Part shown: positions 48,381-58,505 of the stretch, in pieces
Layout: the number at the start of each line of letters is the position of its first letter
Numbering within the stretch: position 1 is the stretch's first letter
Source: Longimicrobiales bacterium
GTDB taxonomy: Bacteria; Gemmatimonadota; Gemmatimonadetes; Longimicrobiales; Gaopeijiaceae
DNA length: 64,000 nucleotides
Assembly (NCBI GenBank): GCA_965249725.1
Contig: CBDFMQ010000002.1
Location: forward strand, 2,400,001-2,464,000
Direction of reading: 5' to 3'
Position numbers and translations under genes: made by a program
Notes under the pieces: model-generated
What the model saw: the letters and a program-made list of their open reading frames with translations, nothing else
Databases searched by the model: none
Told to the model about the DNA's origin: nothing

Positions 48381-48848
48381 CTACTGATCCGGTAGTCCCT
48401 TGCTGTTGATCTCGATCACCCCTCTCGGGTATCCCATCCCGAATCTGACGCCCGCCGGCCCGGGGCCCCAGAACCGAAGCCCACCGATTTGCATCGCGCT
48501 CACGGTCCAAAGGTAGTCGATCCCGCCCACGAACTGACCGTCCACGAAGACGTCTGCGTACCTCGACGTTCGATCGGTGATGGAGTTGACCCCGCGGGTC
48601 CGCAACCACTGGGGCCGGAGCACCTCGATGATCTCGTAGGCAGAGTGGAACTCGATCTGGTCGATTTCGTACTCCGAGATCCAGTTGGGGTCTGGGGGGT
48701 CTTTCGCCGAGCCGGTTTCCTCGGTCCGACTCGTAGGTGAGGCGCCCGGATGGAGAGGGGCGCAACCCATCAAAAAGGGGAGAGATGCAAGAAGGACGGT
48801 CGCAATCACCGCGGTCCGAAAAACTCCACTGCTGGTGCGATTGTCCAT
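48381..48848 (-). CDS. Small lipoprotein resembling a stand-alone TonB-receptor plug domain
   Basis: FLMGC lipobox; ISEYEI...SAYEIIEVLRPQWL...VFVDG...RFG...GVIEINSK follows the plug pattern. Confidence 0.7.
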   Translation of the reverse strand: MDNRTSSGVFRTAVIATVLLASLPFLMGCAPLHPGASPTSRTEETGSAKDPPDPNWISEYEIDQIEFHSAYEIIEVLRPQWLRTRGVNSITDRTSRYADVFVDGQFVGGIDYLWTVSAMQIGGLRFWGPGPAGVRFGMGYPRGVIEINSKGLPDQ

Positions 48849-49347
48849 TGGAGAGGGCGACGGGAAGCATACGCATGCCAACACGAATGATATATAGCCG
48901 TGGCACACCCGTCCGTCCAGCAAGCTGTCCGCCGAGAAAAGCCTTTGCGCACCGCAATACCGGCGAGAGCACGCATCCACGGGTATCTCGTGGCCGTCCA
49001 TCCCCGGCGTGTTAGTAGGTTGTCCAGATGGTACCTGCCCGCGCAGGCAGAAACGCCTGCGTACTCCACACTGCCCTCTGGCGCTCGGCCGACGGCCCCC
49101 ATAGGCTTGGCAAAAGCCCGTCGTACGACAAAAGAACTATCGGTCACCAGGAGCTTGCCAGGCGTCGTCGCTCAGGGGTTGTGAGGAGCGTGCGGCAACG
49201 CCGATTGCCTATGCGGCGGGTCGGGTCGCAAGATGGCTCGACTCTTAGCCCAGCCGACCCCACCCGTCGAGATCCAAGTGTCGGTAAACTCTACATCCAT
49301 AGCTAGCCCTCCACGTCGCCGCCTGGCGCATCAGGCGGGACCGACCG

Positions 49348-50312
49348 TGATCGCCGCACTGCTGTCCGTCTTGGCCACTGCGGCATGTAACGACGCCCAG
49401 TCCCCCAGCCCCCCCCGCATGAACCTCATCACCGGGAGCACGGGGAGCAGTTGGTATCGGATCGGGGCGGCCATCGCGGAACGCGCCAACCAGGGGTTCG
49501 ACGGCCATCCCATCTCGACGCTCCCGGGAGCCGGGGGCGTCTCGAATCCGGCCAGGGTCGGGCTCGTGCCGGGCGACCTCGGCATGGCGTTTCTCCCCTT
49601 CATGCGAGCGGCCCACCGGGGCGATCCTCCGTTTCAGAGGGCGTTTCCCGACCTCCGCCACGTCGCCACACTCACGCAGAACAAGTTCCACGTGATCGTC
49701 TCCGAGGGGTCGCCCCTCACGAGCCTCGACGACATTCGGACGGGGCGTCTCTCCGTCCGCATCGGGACCGGACCGCCTGGCTCGGGCGAGGAGTTCCTCC
49801 TCCGGGAGAGCCTTCGTGGGTACGGCATGAGCTACGACGATATCCGCGACTGGGGCGGACGCCTGGACCTGATGGGATCGGTGGAGCGGACCGATCAGTT
49901 CAGGGACCATCACATGGACCTGATCATCTTCAACATCAACGAACCCGCCTCGATCGTCACCCAGCTCATGCTGACGCGCCCCACCCGGTTCCTGTCGATC
50001 TCGGACGAGGTCCGCCGGGAGTTGGAGCGCGGGTGGCGAGTGAAGGTGCTGGACATCCCGGCCAACACGTATCCCGGTCAGACCGAGGCGGTAGGCACCG
50101 TGGGGCTCGTCTTCGGGATCTTCACGACGGCAGAGGTCAGTGAGGACATCGTTTACCATCTGACCCGGACCATCGCCGAGGACAAGGACTATCTGGAGAC
50201 GGTCCACCCCGGGTTCCGGAGCTGGGAACCCCGGGACATGGTCGAGAACGCAGATGTCCCGACGCACCCCGGGGCGCTGCGCTACTACGCGGAACGCGGT
50301 TGGATCGACTAG
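49348..50312 (+). CDS. TAXI family TRAP transporter solute-binding subunit
   Basis: ITGSTGSSWYRIG, GGVSN, GPPGSG, IPANTYPGQ and PTHPGALRYY motifs; ATAAC lipobox; start approximate. Confidence 0.9.
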
Positions 50313-52345
50313 CGTCTCCGGGCGAAAGCCCGTCGGGGGCTCCTGAGGGCGCCCTGATCCCGGGGCAGAGATCGCTCTCCGGGGGCCTCGCAACAGCGGC
50401 GAGGTGGGCCGCATGGGTGCTGCCCACGCTCACGATCCTGGTCGCCTTTACCGGGTGGTTCGATTCCGTCACGCGGCGAGCCGGCCACCTGGCCATCGCC
50501 ATCCCGCTGGTGTTCCTCTTCTATCCGGCGAGGAAGAACCGGGGCGACGGGACGGCGCGCAGAGCCGGCAAGGACGGCGTGAGCTGGTTCGACGTCGTCC
50601 TGGCGCTCGCTGCCTTCGCCTCCTTCGCGTGGATGCTGGCCGATCGCGAGCGCATCATGTGGCGGCTCGTCTACATCGATCCGCTCACGACTCCCGATCT
50701 GGTCTTCTCGGCACTGGCCGTAGCGCTCGTCCTCGAGGCGACCCGCCGTACGCTCGGGATGACGCTCGTCGTCGTGGCGTTGGCGTTCATCGCCTACGCG
50801 CTGGCCGGGCCGATCATGCCCGGGATACTCGAACACAAGGGCGTGAGCCTACCGCTGCTGCTCGAGCACCTTTACATGGTCCCCGAGGGCCTGTTCAACC
50901 AGGTCACCGGTGTGATGGCGACCTATCTGCTGGTCTTCCTCACGTTCGGATCCCTACTCCGCGTGGCGGGCGGCGACAAGATCTTCATGGACCTGACGCT
51001 CGCGGCGTCCGGACGTTGGGTCGGCGGACCCGCGAAGGCCGCGGTGGTCGGAAGCACCATGATGGGCTCCGTGTCGGGGAGCACCATCGCCAACGTGGTG
51101 ACCACGGGAACCATCACGATTCCGCTGATGAAGCGCACCGGCTTCGCGCCGCACGAGGCCGCGGCGATCGAGACGGCGGCGGGAACCGGGGGCGCTCTGA
51201 TGCCACCCGTGATGGGGGCGGGGGCGTTCATCATGGCAGAGATCACCGGAATCCCGTTGCTGACGATCTTGAAGTACTCGTTGATCCCGGCGTTGCTCTT
51301 CTTTGGGAGCCTCTACGGTTACGTGCACGTGAAGGCCCGTAAGCGGGGTCTCGGCGCCCTCCAACTCGACGGCGCCGACGCTCCGGGGCAGGTGCCGCCC
51401 ATCTGGCGAACGCTGGTCAGCGGAGTCCACCTCATGGCTCCCCTGGCTCTGCTCATCTATCTGCTGATCCGGGATTACAGCCCGTTTCTGTCGGCGTCGG
51501 CGTGCGTAGTGGGGCTGGTCCTGGTCAGCTACCTGCGTCCCCACACGCGCATGAGCTTCGGGACGCTGCTGCGCGGTCTCGAGGCCACCACACACGGCGC
51601 GATCGGGCTGTCCGCCACGATGGCCACGGCCGCCATGATCGTGGGGGTCATCAGCCTGACGGGGATCATGCTCAAGACCACATCCGTCATGGTCACCCTC
51701 GCCGGAGGATCGGTCCTGCTCGGCATCGTGATCGTCGCGCTCATCGCGTCGGTGCTGGGCATGGGGCTGCAGATCACCAGCGCGTACATCATCGTCTCCA
51801 CATTAGGCGCTCCGGCACTGATCGAGCTCGGCATCCCCCTGCTCACCGCCCACCTCGTCATCTTCTGGTTCGCCCAGAGCGCCACCATTACGCCGCCCAT
51901 CTGCCTGACCGCCTTCGTGGCCGCGCAAATCGCCGAGGCCGAGCCGATGCGGACGGGGTTCGAGGCGCTCCGTGTAGGCAAGGCGCTCTACATCGTGCCC
52001 GTCATGTTCGGATTCACAGGCCTGTTGTCGGGGAGCTGGCCCGCGATGTTGTTCGCGGGTGTGGGCGGCATGCTCTTTCTCCTCATGTTCCCGGTGGTGA
52101 CGACGGGCTTCTATCAGGGCCCGCTCGGTGTCGGGGGCAGGACGGTCGGCGCGCTGGCCGGCGTCGCGTTCATCAGCTCGACGCTCGCGGCCGGTCCTGG
52201 AGCCGGGTTCACGTTCCTGGGCCCCGGCTCGCTGCTTTTGGGTGCGGGTGCCCTGCTCGTCGTCGCGCTCCACGTCCATCAGAAGACGCGAGCGAGTCCC
52301 GTACAGCCGGCCTTCGGAAGCAACTCACGGGGGGGAGAGTCCTAG
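50300..52345 (+). CDS. TRAP transporter fused 4TM/12TM permease
   Basis: LEATRR, GGPAKAAVV, SGSTIANVVTTG, MPPVMGAGAFIMAE and ITPPIC motifs. Confidence 0.93.
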   Translation: MDRLASPGESPSGAPEGALIPGQRSLSGGLATAARWAAWVLPTLTILVAFTGWFDSVTRRAGHLAIAIPLVFLFYPARKNRGDGTARRAGKDGVSWFDVVLALAAFASFAWMLADRERIMWRLVYIDPLTTPDLVFSALAVALVLEATRRTLGMTLVVVALAFIAYALAGPIMPGILEHKGVSLPLLLEHLYMVPEGLFNQVTGVMATYLLVFLTFGSLLRVAGGDKIFMDLTLAASGRWVGGPAKAAVVGSTMMGSVSGSTIANVVTTGTITIPLMKRTGFAPHEAAAIETAAGTGGALMPPVMGAGAFIMAEITGIPLLTILKYSLIPALLFFGSLYGYVHVKARKRGLGALQLDGADAPGQVPPIWRTLVSGVHLMAPLALLIYLLIRDYSPFLSASACVVGLVLVSYLRPHTRMSFGTLLRGLEATTHGAIGLSATMATAAMIVGVISLTGIMLKTTSVMVTLAGGSVLLGIVIVALIASVLGMGLQITSAYIIVSTLGAPALIELGIPLLTAHLVIFWFAQSATITPPICLTAFVAAQIAEAEPMRTGFEALRVGKALYIVPVMFGFTGLLSGSWPAMLFAGVGGMLFLLMFPVVTTGFYQGPLGVGGRTVGALAGVAFISSTLAAGPGAGFTFLGPGSLLLGAGALLVVALHVHQKTRASPVQPAFGSNSRGGES

Positions 52346-53514
52346 TGGGGGGCATCAGGGCCGCCGAGACCGACGTATGCGTGATCGGCGCCGGTATCAT
52401 GGGTCTGTCCGCGGCGTGGGAGCTGTCGAAGCGCGGAGTTCGAGTGCTCTGTGTCGATCGCGCCCGCCCGGGCGGCGAAGCGTCGGGATCGACCGCCGGT
52501 ACCCTGGCGATCCAGAACAAGCGTCTCGGATCGATCCCTCTGGCTCTGGAGAGCATTCGAGCTTGGACAAGCCTGTCGGAGGAATTGGAGGGCGACGTCG
52601 AGTACGAACGGCGGGGCGGTTTTCGGGTCGCACACTCCGACGATGAAGTCCGCGTGCTCGAGGAAGCGGTGGCCGCACAGAGCGCCCTGGGCGTCAACGT
52701 GGAGATGGTCCATGCTCCGGAGCTCTTCCAGCGGGCGCCGTATCTCTCCCGGGAGGTCCGGGCCGCGAGCTACTGCGCCGACGACGGAATGGCCAACCCC
52801 TTCGTGGCGATCCGGGCCTACCTCGCGGCCTGCAAGCGGGCCGGCGTCGCCTTCGAGTTCGACCGCGACGTCGAGGCGCTCGAGTCACGCTCGGACGGCA
52901 CGTTCAGAGTCCGGGCCGGCGATCTCGAGGTCATGTGTGAGACGACGATCATCGCGGCAGGCGCATGGATCACGCACTTGTGTCGCCCCCTCGGAATCGA
53001 GCTCCCCCTCTACCCGAAGATCCAACAGGTGATGATCACGGCGCCGGCGCCCCCGCTGTTCCCGGAGATCGTGACGCACATCGGAGGACGGCTCACCCTG
53101 AAGCAGCAGTCGGGGGTAGGCAAAGTGCTGGTGGGCGGCGGCTGGCTCGGCGACGGATCCGAGCACGACGGGGACCCGCACCGGCTCCGGCTCGAAAGCC
53201 TCTCGGGGAATCTGGATCTCGCCATTCGGACGATTCCGGGCTTGGCGCAGACCCACCTGCTCCGCGGGTGGACGGGGGTCGAGGGGCGCAGCCCGGACCG
53301 GCTCCCGCTGATCGGCAGTGTGGGCGAGCCGGCCGGACTGCACTTGCTGGGATGCGCGGGGGGGGGATTCACGCTCGCCCCGATCTGCGGGGCGCTGGCC
53401 GCCAAGCAGGTTGTCGGTGAACAATCCACCTTATCTTCAGAGAAGTTCAGCCCGCGTCGATTCGTCGATGCGGCGCGATCCGGTCAGACACAGAAGACGG
53501 AAGCGAACCAATGA
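52345..53514 (+). CDS. FAD-dependent oxidoreductase, glycine/D-amino acid oxidase (DAO) family
   Basis: DVCVIGAGIMG, EASGSTAG, IAAGAW, SPDRLPLIG and GFTLAP motifs; GTG overlaps the permease stop. Confidence 0.88.
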   Translation: MGGIRAAETDVCVIGAGIMGLSAAWELSKRGVRVLCVDRARPGGEASGSTAGTLAIQNKRLGSIPLALESIRAWTSLSEELEGDVEYERRGGFRVAHSDDEVRVLEEAVAAQSALGVNVEMVHAPELFQRAPYLSREVRAASYCADDGMANPFVAIRAYLAACKRAGVAFEFDRDVEALESRSDGTFRVRAGDLEVMCETTIIAAGAWITHLCRPLGIELPLYPKIQQVMITAPAPPLFPEIVTHIGGRLTLKQQSGVGKVLVGGGWLGDGSEHDGDPHRLRLESLSGNLDLAIRTIPGLAQTHLLRGWTGVEGRSPDRLPLIGSVGEPAGLHLLGCAGGGFTLAPICGALAAKQVVGEQSTLSSEKFSPRRFVDAARSGQTQKTEANQ

Positions 53515-54434
53515 ACAACGGAAAGATCCAGTGGGAGGGAAACTTCGTCGCTATCGTGACGCCGTTCCACAAGTCCGGTGAGATCGACGAAGCGGCGTTC
53601 CAGCAGAACATCGCCTTGCTCCTGGATGAAGGCGCGGAGGGATTCGTCGTGTCCGGGTGTACCGGTGAAGCCTGGGCGCTCAGCCCCGAGGAGCGCCTGC
53701 GTCTCTTCAAGCTCAGCGTCGACGTAGCGGACGGCGCCGTGCCGGTCGTCGCCGGCACGGGAAGCATCTCGACCCAAGACGTGATCGAGCTGAGCGCAAA
53801 GGCCCGCGACTTGGGCTGCGACGGGATCATGGTCCTTCCCCCGTACTACTGCCGACCCGGAAGCGCAGAGGTGGTGGCGCATTACAAGGCGATCTCCGAC
53901 GCGGTGGGCGTGCCCATCCTGCTCTATAACATTCCGAAGCGGACCGGGGTCGATCTGACGCCCGAGCTCCTGGAGCAGCTGGTCGCCCTGGAGTACGTCG
54001 CGGCGATCAAGGAGAGTTCGGACAGCTTCATCCGCGTCGAGACGCTCGTGAACCGGTTCGGCGGCGACATTCAGGTCTTCACCGGCCACTCGGCGGAGCG
54101 TGGCGTGGCGGCCATCGTCATGGGAGCCAAGGGATGGGTGAGTTCGCTCGAGTCCCAGATCATGGGACGAGAGGCGGTACAGATGTACGACCTGGTCAAG
54201 GACGGGGACTTGGAGGGAGCGAGGAGGGTGCAGCTTCGGACGTTAGCCCTGGATCAGGCCGCTCGCGGGCTGGGCACGTTCCCGGCCAACGTGAAGGCCG
54301 CCATGAACCTGTTGGGACGCCCGGGAGGCTACCCGCGCCCGCCGTTGCTTCCGCTCACACAGGCCCAGATCGACGGTGTCGCCGCGCTGCTGGAGCGGTT
54401 GGAGATCCCGGGGGCGCTCGCTACGGCGGGTTAG
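53511..54434 (+). CDS. Dihydrodipicolinate synthase (DapA/NanA) family protein
   Basis: AIVTPF, SGCTGE, PPYY, LYNIP and AIKESS (Schiff-base Lys) motifs. Confidence 0.9.
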   Translation: MNNGKIQWEGNFVAIVTPFHKSGEIDEAAFQQNIALLLDEGAEGFVVSGCTGEAWALSPEERLRLFKLSVDVADGAVPVVAGTGSISTQDVIELSAKARDLGCDGIMVLPPYYCRPGSAEVVAHYKAISDAVGVPILLYNIPKRTGVDLTPELLEQLVALEYVAAIKESSDSFIRVETLVNRFGGDIQVFTGHSAERGVAAIVMGAKGWVSSLESQIMGREAVQMYDLVKDGDLEGARRVQLRTLALDQAARGLGTFPANVKAAMNLLGRPGGYPRPPLLPLTQAQIDGVAALLERLEIPGALATAG

Positions 54435-54481
54435 CGGAGGTAGCGGACGCGCCGGACTGGACCCGGTGGTGGACCCCGAAG

Positions 54482-55633
54482 TCACGAGTATTCGGCGACC
54501 ACGTCCCCGTCGATCTCGATGCCCCAGCCGGGCCGATCGGTCGGGCTGACGAACCCGTCCCGCAAAGCCGGCACCCCCGCCACCAGGTCCCTCCGTAGAG
54601 GCGACTCTCCCATCGGATACTCCACGAGGTCGCCCCCCGCGGCCGCCATCCAGTGGATCGCGGCGGTCGTATTGATGCCCGTGCCGAAACAGTGCGGCAC
54701 GCAGCGCCGGCCCCGTTCGCGAGCCACGCGGCTCAGCTCCATTCCGGCGGCCGGTCCGCATCGGCCCAGGTCGGGCTGGATGACATCGAGGCCGGCGTCC
54801 AGATACCGGACGAACTGCTCCACGGTCTCTTCGGTCTCGGCTCCCGCGATCGGCACCGGGGACGACTCGCACAGGCGCCGATACCCTTCGAGATCGTCGG
54901 GGTGGAGCGGCTCCTCGATCCAGATCAGCCCGAAGTCACGCAGGGCCGCACACTCTTCGATGGCGCGCGGGGCCTCCCACTTCCGACCCACATCGACCAT
55001 CAGTTGGACCCCGTCGCCCAACTCACCGCGCAGGGTCGTCAGGGTGTCGACATCCTCCTGGATCGTCCCGAGGCCGAAGGGCCCGAAGCCGAATTTGAGC
55101 GCCGTGAAGCCCTTTTTGAGCAATCTCCGTGCGTTTTCGACCGTTTCGGGGAGCGTGTCGCCCCACAGAACGCTGGCATAGGCCCGAATCGGCGGGCCTA
55201 TCAACGCCCCGTCCGCCTTAAGGGAGGCGGACGTCGGGGCCGAGGGTCCGATCCTGGGCAAAAGCCGGTGCGTGGGCATAGAGGCGGCCTTCCCCTTGAT
55301 GTCCCAGAGGGCCATCTCGACGCCGCTGATCGCATGGATCGCGACGCCCCGACGCCCGAACCAGGCGGTCTCCTCGTACATCCGTCCGCACACGGCGTCG
55401 ATGTCCGTGGCGTCCATCCCCAGGACGACCTCCGCTAGTCCGTGCCGCCCCGCACCCGAACGAGGTGCCTCGATGATCGCCTTCGCGACATACGACGACG
55501 AGACGACCTCACCGAGGCCCGTCAGGCCCGACTCGGTGGTGACCTCCACAACGAGCACATCCTGGGTCCCGTCGAAGACGTCCGCGATCTGGGGAATGCG
55601 GAGCTGGTGCGCCGTCACGCTCGCGATCTTCAA
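54482..55633 (-). CDS. Mandelate racemase/muconate lactonizing enzyme family (enolase superfamily)
   Basis: GLTGLGE, AISGVEMALWDIKGK, MVD, WIEEP, GAE, QPD and PH motifs; TTG start with AAGGAAG RBS. Confidence 0.9.
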   Translation of the reverse strand: MKIASVTAHQLRIPQIADVFDGTQDVLVVEVTTESGLTGLGEVVSSSYVAKAIIEAPRSGAGRHGLAEVVLGMDATDIDAVCGRMYEETAWFGRRGVAIHAISGVEMALWDIKGKAASMPTHRLLPRIGPSAPTSASLKADGALIGPPIRAYASVLWGDTLPETVENARRLLKKGFTALKFGFGPFGLGTIQEDVDTLTTLRGELGDGVQLMVDVGRKWEAPRAIEECAALRDFGLIWIEEPLHPDDLEGYRRLCESSPVPIAGAETEETVEQFVRYLDAGLDVIQPDLGRCGPAAGMELSRVARERGRRCVPHCFGTGINTTAAIHWMAAAGGDLVEYPMGESPLRRDLVAGVPALRDGFVSPTDRPGWGIEIDGDVVAEYS

Positions 55634-55825
55634 GACCGACTTCCTTTCGCCAATGCCGACGTCCTTTCGCCTGTGCCTCGTCCCGATAGTCTCGGATTCT
55701 GGACCATGCGGAGCCCGAGTAGCACCCGCAAGACGAGGACTCAGCTTGTGGCCCTGCACAGGTTAGGTGCATTTTGGCAGCCATGTCCGTCCTGCCCCCC
55801 CGTTGGCGACCGCCGAGCACCAACC

Positions 55826-58504
55826 ATGAGCACCATCCCCGTCGATCGCCTGAACGCCGCCCTCGAGGGCCGCTACGCCATCGAGCGTGAGCTGGGCGAG
55901 GGGGGCATGGCCACCGTCTTCCTGGCCGACGACCTCAAGCACGAGCGTAAGGTCGGCCTGAAGGTGCTGAAGCCCGAGTTGGCCGCAGTGGTCGGAGCCG
56001 AGCGCTTCCTCTCCGAGATCAAGACGACCGCCAACCTGCAACACCCGCACATCCTGCCGCTCTTCGATTCGGGCGAGGCCGACAGCTTTCTGTTCTACGT
56101 GATGCCTTATGTGGACGGGGAGACGCTACGGGAGCGCATCGACCGAGAGAAGCAGCTTCCGGTCGATGAGGCGCTGGGAATCGCAACGGCGGTCGCCAGC
56201 GCACTCCAGACCGCTCACGAGGCGGGGATCGTCCACCGCGACATCAAGCCGGCGAACATCCTCCTGAGCAGAGGGGAGCCCCTGGTCGCGGATTTCGGAA
56301 TCGCCCTGGCGGTGGGTGCCGCTGGTGGCAACCGCTTGACCGAAACCGGACTTTCGATCGGGACACCGTTCTACATGTCGCCCGAACAGGCGACAGGGGA
56401 TCAGGTCGTGGGGCCCGCGAGCGACACCTACGCGCTCGCATGCGTCCTGTACGAGATGCTGGTCGGCGAGCCTCCGTATATCGGCAACACGGCCCAGGCG
56501 GTGCTGGGCAAGATCATTCAGGGTCTACCAGTGTCGGCGACGTCCGTGCGAAAGTCGATCCCGCCCAACGTCGATGCCGCCCTGAGGAAGGCGCTCGAGA
56601 AGCTGCCCGCCGATCGGTTCACCGGTGCACAGGAGTTCGCGAGGGCACTCGCTGACCCGGGGTTCACTCACGGTGACGTTGCCGGAGTGGGGACAGCCGG
56701 CGCTGGATCGGGACGATGGCGCCTGGGAACCCAGGTCTTCGCCGCGACGACCTTGGTATTCGCGCTCCTCTCGACGTGGGCCCTTACGCGACCGGCTCCG
56801 CTCGCGCAGACGCACCGTGCATCGGTGGTCCTTTCGGAGCCGCTGGAAGGCTTCGGAACGATGGCCCTTTCGCCGGATGGCTCCGTCATGGTCTACGAAG
56901 GACCGAGGGATGACGGAGGCAACCTGTTGTGGGTCCGGAGGTGGGACGAGCTCGCTTCTTCGCCCTTGGCCGGAACGGCCAACGGCTTAGTGCCATCCAT
57001 CTCCCCCGACGGCCGGGAAGTCGTCTTTTCGGTCCCGAGCGCCATCCCTCGCCCGCTGGTGATCGTGCCGCTGTCGGGCGGGGTCGCTCGGGTGCTCACG
57101 GAAACGGCGATCCTCTCACCTCACTGGGGGAGCGACGGTTTCATCTACTTCACATCAGCGGAGACGCGCGGTATCAGCCGGATGCCGGCCCAGGGAGGCG
57201 CGCCGGAGGTGATCACCCGATCGCCGACGGAGTCGGGAGAGGGCATCCACCTCCCGTCCCAGTTCGTCGAGGACGGCGAGGCGGTGCTCTTCCACGTCTT
57301 CGTCCCCGGGGGCCCCCAGATTCGGGCCGCCCGTGTCGACTCCGGCGAGGTGATCAACCTGGGGCTGATCGGCGTCCAGGCCCACTTCATGACCACCGGA
57401 TATCTCGTCTTTCTGGCGCCAACGGGCGACTTCATGGCTGCCCCATTCGACCCGAAAGGACTGCAGGTGACGGGTCCACCCATTCCGGTGGTCAGTGGAG
57501 CCGACTATAGCGTGGGCAACGTTCAATCGATGGCTCTTTCGGAGAATGGAACGCTCGCTTACTCGACTGGATTGTCCAACGCCAGATACCAGCCGGCCTG
57601 GGTCAGCCGCGACGGTTCGACGAGCGTTATCGATCCGGAGTGGAGGTTCGATCCGGGCAACAACAACCGCGGGCTGGCCCTTTCCCCCGACGGGAACCGC
57701 CTGGCCGTCTCGATCCTGGGCGATCTCCGGGAAGACGTCTGGATCAAACAACTTCCCACGGGTCCGCTCACCCGGCTCACGGCCGATAGCGCCCAGGACG
57801 TACGGCCCCGGTGGACAGACGACGGGCGAGTGACGTTCATCTCGGATCGGGACGGGACGGCCGACGTCTTCGTGACGAGAGCGGACGGCACCGGGCGGGC
57901 CGAACTGCTTCTGGATCATGAGTTGTCGCTGTGGGAGGGGATCTTCTCGCGCGACGGCGAGTGGCTGGTGGCCCGGACGGGTGGAGTGTTGGGAGCCGTG
58001 GGAGGCCGGGACGTAATAGGGCTTCGACCGGCGACGGACAGCCTACCCGTTCCATTGGTGACAAGCGAGTTCGACGAGAAGGCGATCATGCTGTCTCCGG
58101 ATGGACGGTGGCTCGTGTACGAATCCGACGAGACGGGCAACAACGAGATCTACGTGCGACCGTTTCCGGACGTCGAGACTGGCAAGTGGCCCGTGTCCGT
58201 GGACGGCGGCGTCATGCCCCTCTGGGCCCACAGCGGGACCGAGATCTTCTATGTGAACGGTCGCAACGAAATGATCGCCGCTCAGGTCCGGACCGCAGGC
58301 TCGACCTTCGAGGTCACGGGACGCGAGATCCTCTTCTCGATCGATCCCGCGTTCCTGATCGGACAGGCCGAGCAGTACACCCTCTACGACGTCACACCCG
58401 ACGATCGGCGGTTCGTGATGCTGCGGCGGGTCCAAACGGAGGCTCCCGAGTTGATCCTCGTGCAGAATTGGCTCGAGGAGATCGAGCAGAGGGTAGGAAA
58501 CTGA
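55826..58504 (+). CDS. Ser/Thr protein kinase with TM helix and TolB-like (PD40) beta-propeller
   Basis: GEGGMATV, HRDIKPAN, DFG and YMSPEQ motifs; hydrophobic helix; many SPDG repeats. Confidence 0.93.
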   Translation: MSTIPVDRLNAALEGRYAIERELGEGGMATVFLADDLKHERKVGLKVLKPELAAVVGAERFLSEIKTTANLQHPHILPLFDSGEADSFLFYVMPYVDGETLRERIDREKQLPVDEALGIATAVASALQTAHEAGIVHRDIKPANILLSRGEPLVADFGIALAVGAAGGNRLTETGLSIGTPFYMSPEQATGDQVVGPASDTYALACVLYEMLVGEPPYIGNTAQAVLGKIIQGLPVSATSVRKSIPPNVDAALRKALEKLPADRFTGAQEFARALADPGFTHGDVAGVGTAGAGSGRWRLGTQVFAATTLVFALLSTWALTRPAPLAQTHRASVVLSEPLEGFGTMALSPDGSVMVYEGPRDDGGNLLWVRRWDELASSPLAGTANGLVPSISPDGREVVFSVPSAIPRPLVIVPLSGGVARVLTETAILSPHWGSDGFIYFTSAETRGISRMPAQGGAPEVITRSPTESGEGIHLPSQFVEDGEAVLFHVFVPGGPQIRAARVDSGEVINLGLIGVQAHFMTTGYLVFLAPTGDFMAAPFDPKGLQVTGPPIPVVSGADYSVGNVQSMALSENGTLAYSTGLSNARYQPAWVSRDGSTSVIDPEWRFDPGNNNRGLALSPDGNRLAVSILGDLREDVWIKQLPTGPLTRLTADSAQDVRPRWTDDGRVTFISDRDGTADVFVTRADGTGRAELLLDHELSLWEGIFSRDGEWLVARTGGVLGAVGGRDVIGLRPATDSLPVPLVTSEFDEKAIMLSPDGRWLVYESDETGNNEIYVRPFPDVETGKWPVSVDGGVMPLWAHSGTEIFYVNGRNEMIAAQVRTAGSTFEVTGREILFSIDPAFLIGQAEQYTLYDVTPDDRRFVMLRRVQTEAPELILVQNWLEEIEQRVGN

Positions 58505-58505
58505 T

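Noticed and set aside
48865..48881. Sigma54-like promoter TTGGCATGCGTATGCTT on the minus strand
   Set aside because: The GG-to-GC spacing is one base shorter than the strict -24/-12 requirement.
51502..52344. Long N-terminal extension of the FAD oxidoreductase ORF (also 55442, 60638, 19312 and 20712 extensions)
   Set aside because: These are Arg/Pro-rich off-frame readings overlapping neighbouring genes; the true starts lie downstream.
53511..54434. Assigning the gene symbol dapA (lysine biosynthesis)
   Set aside because: The catabolic context and the GCTGE motif point to a paralogous aldolase, deaminase or dehydratase.
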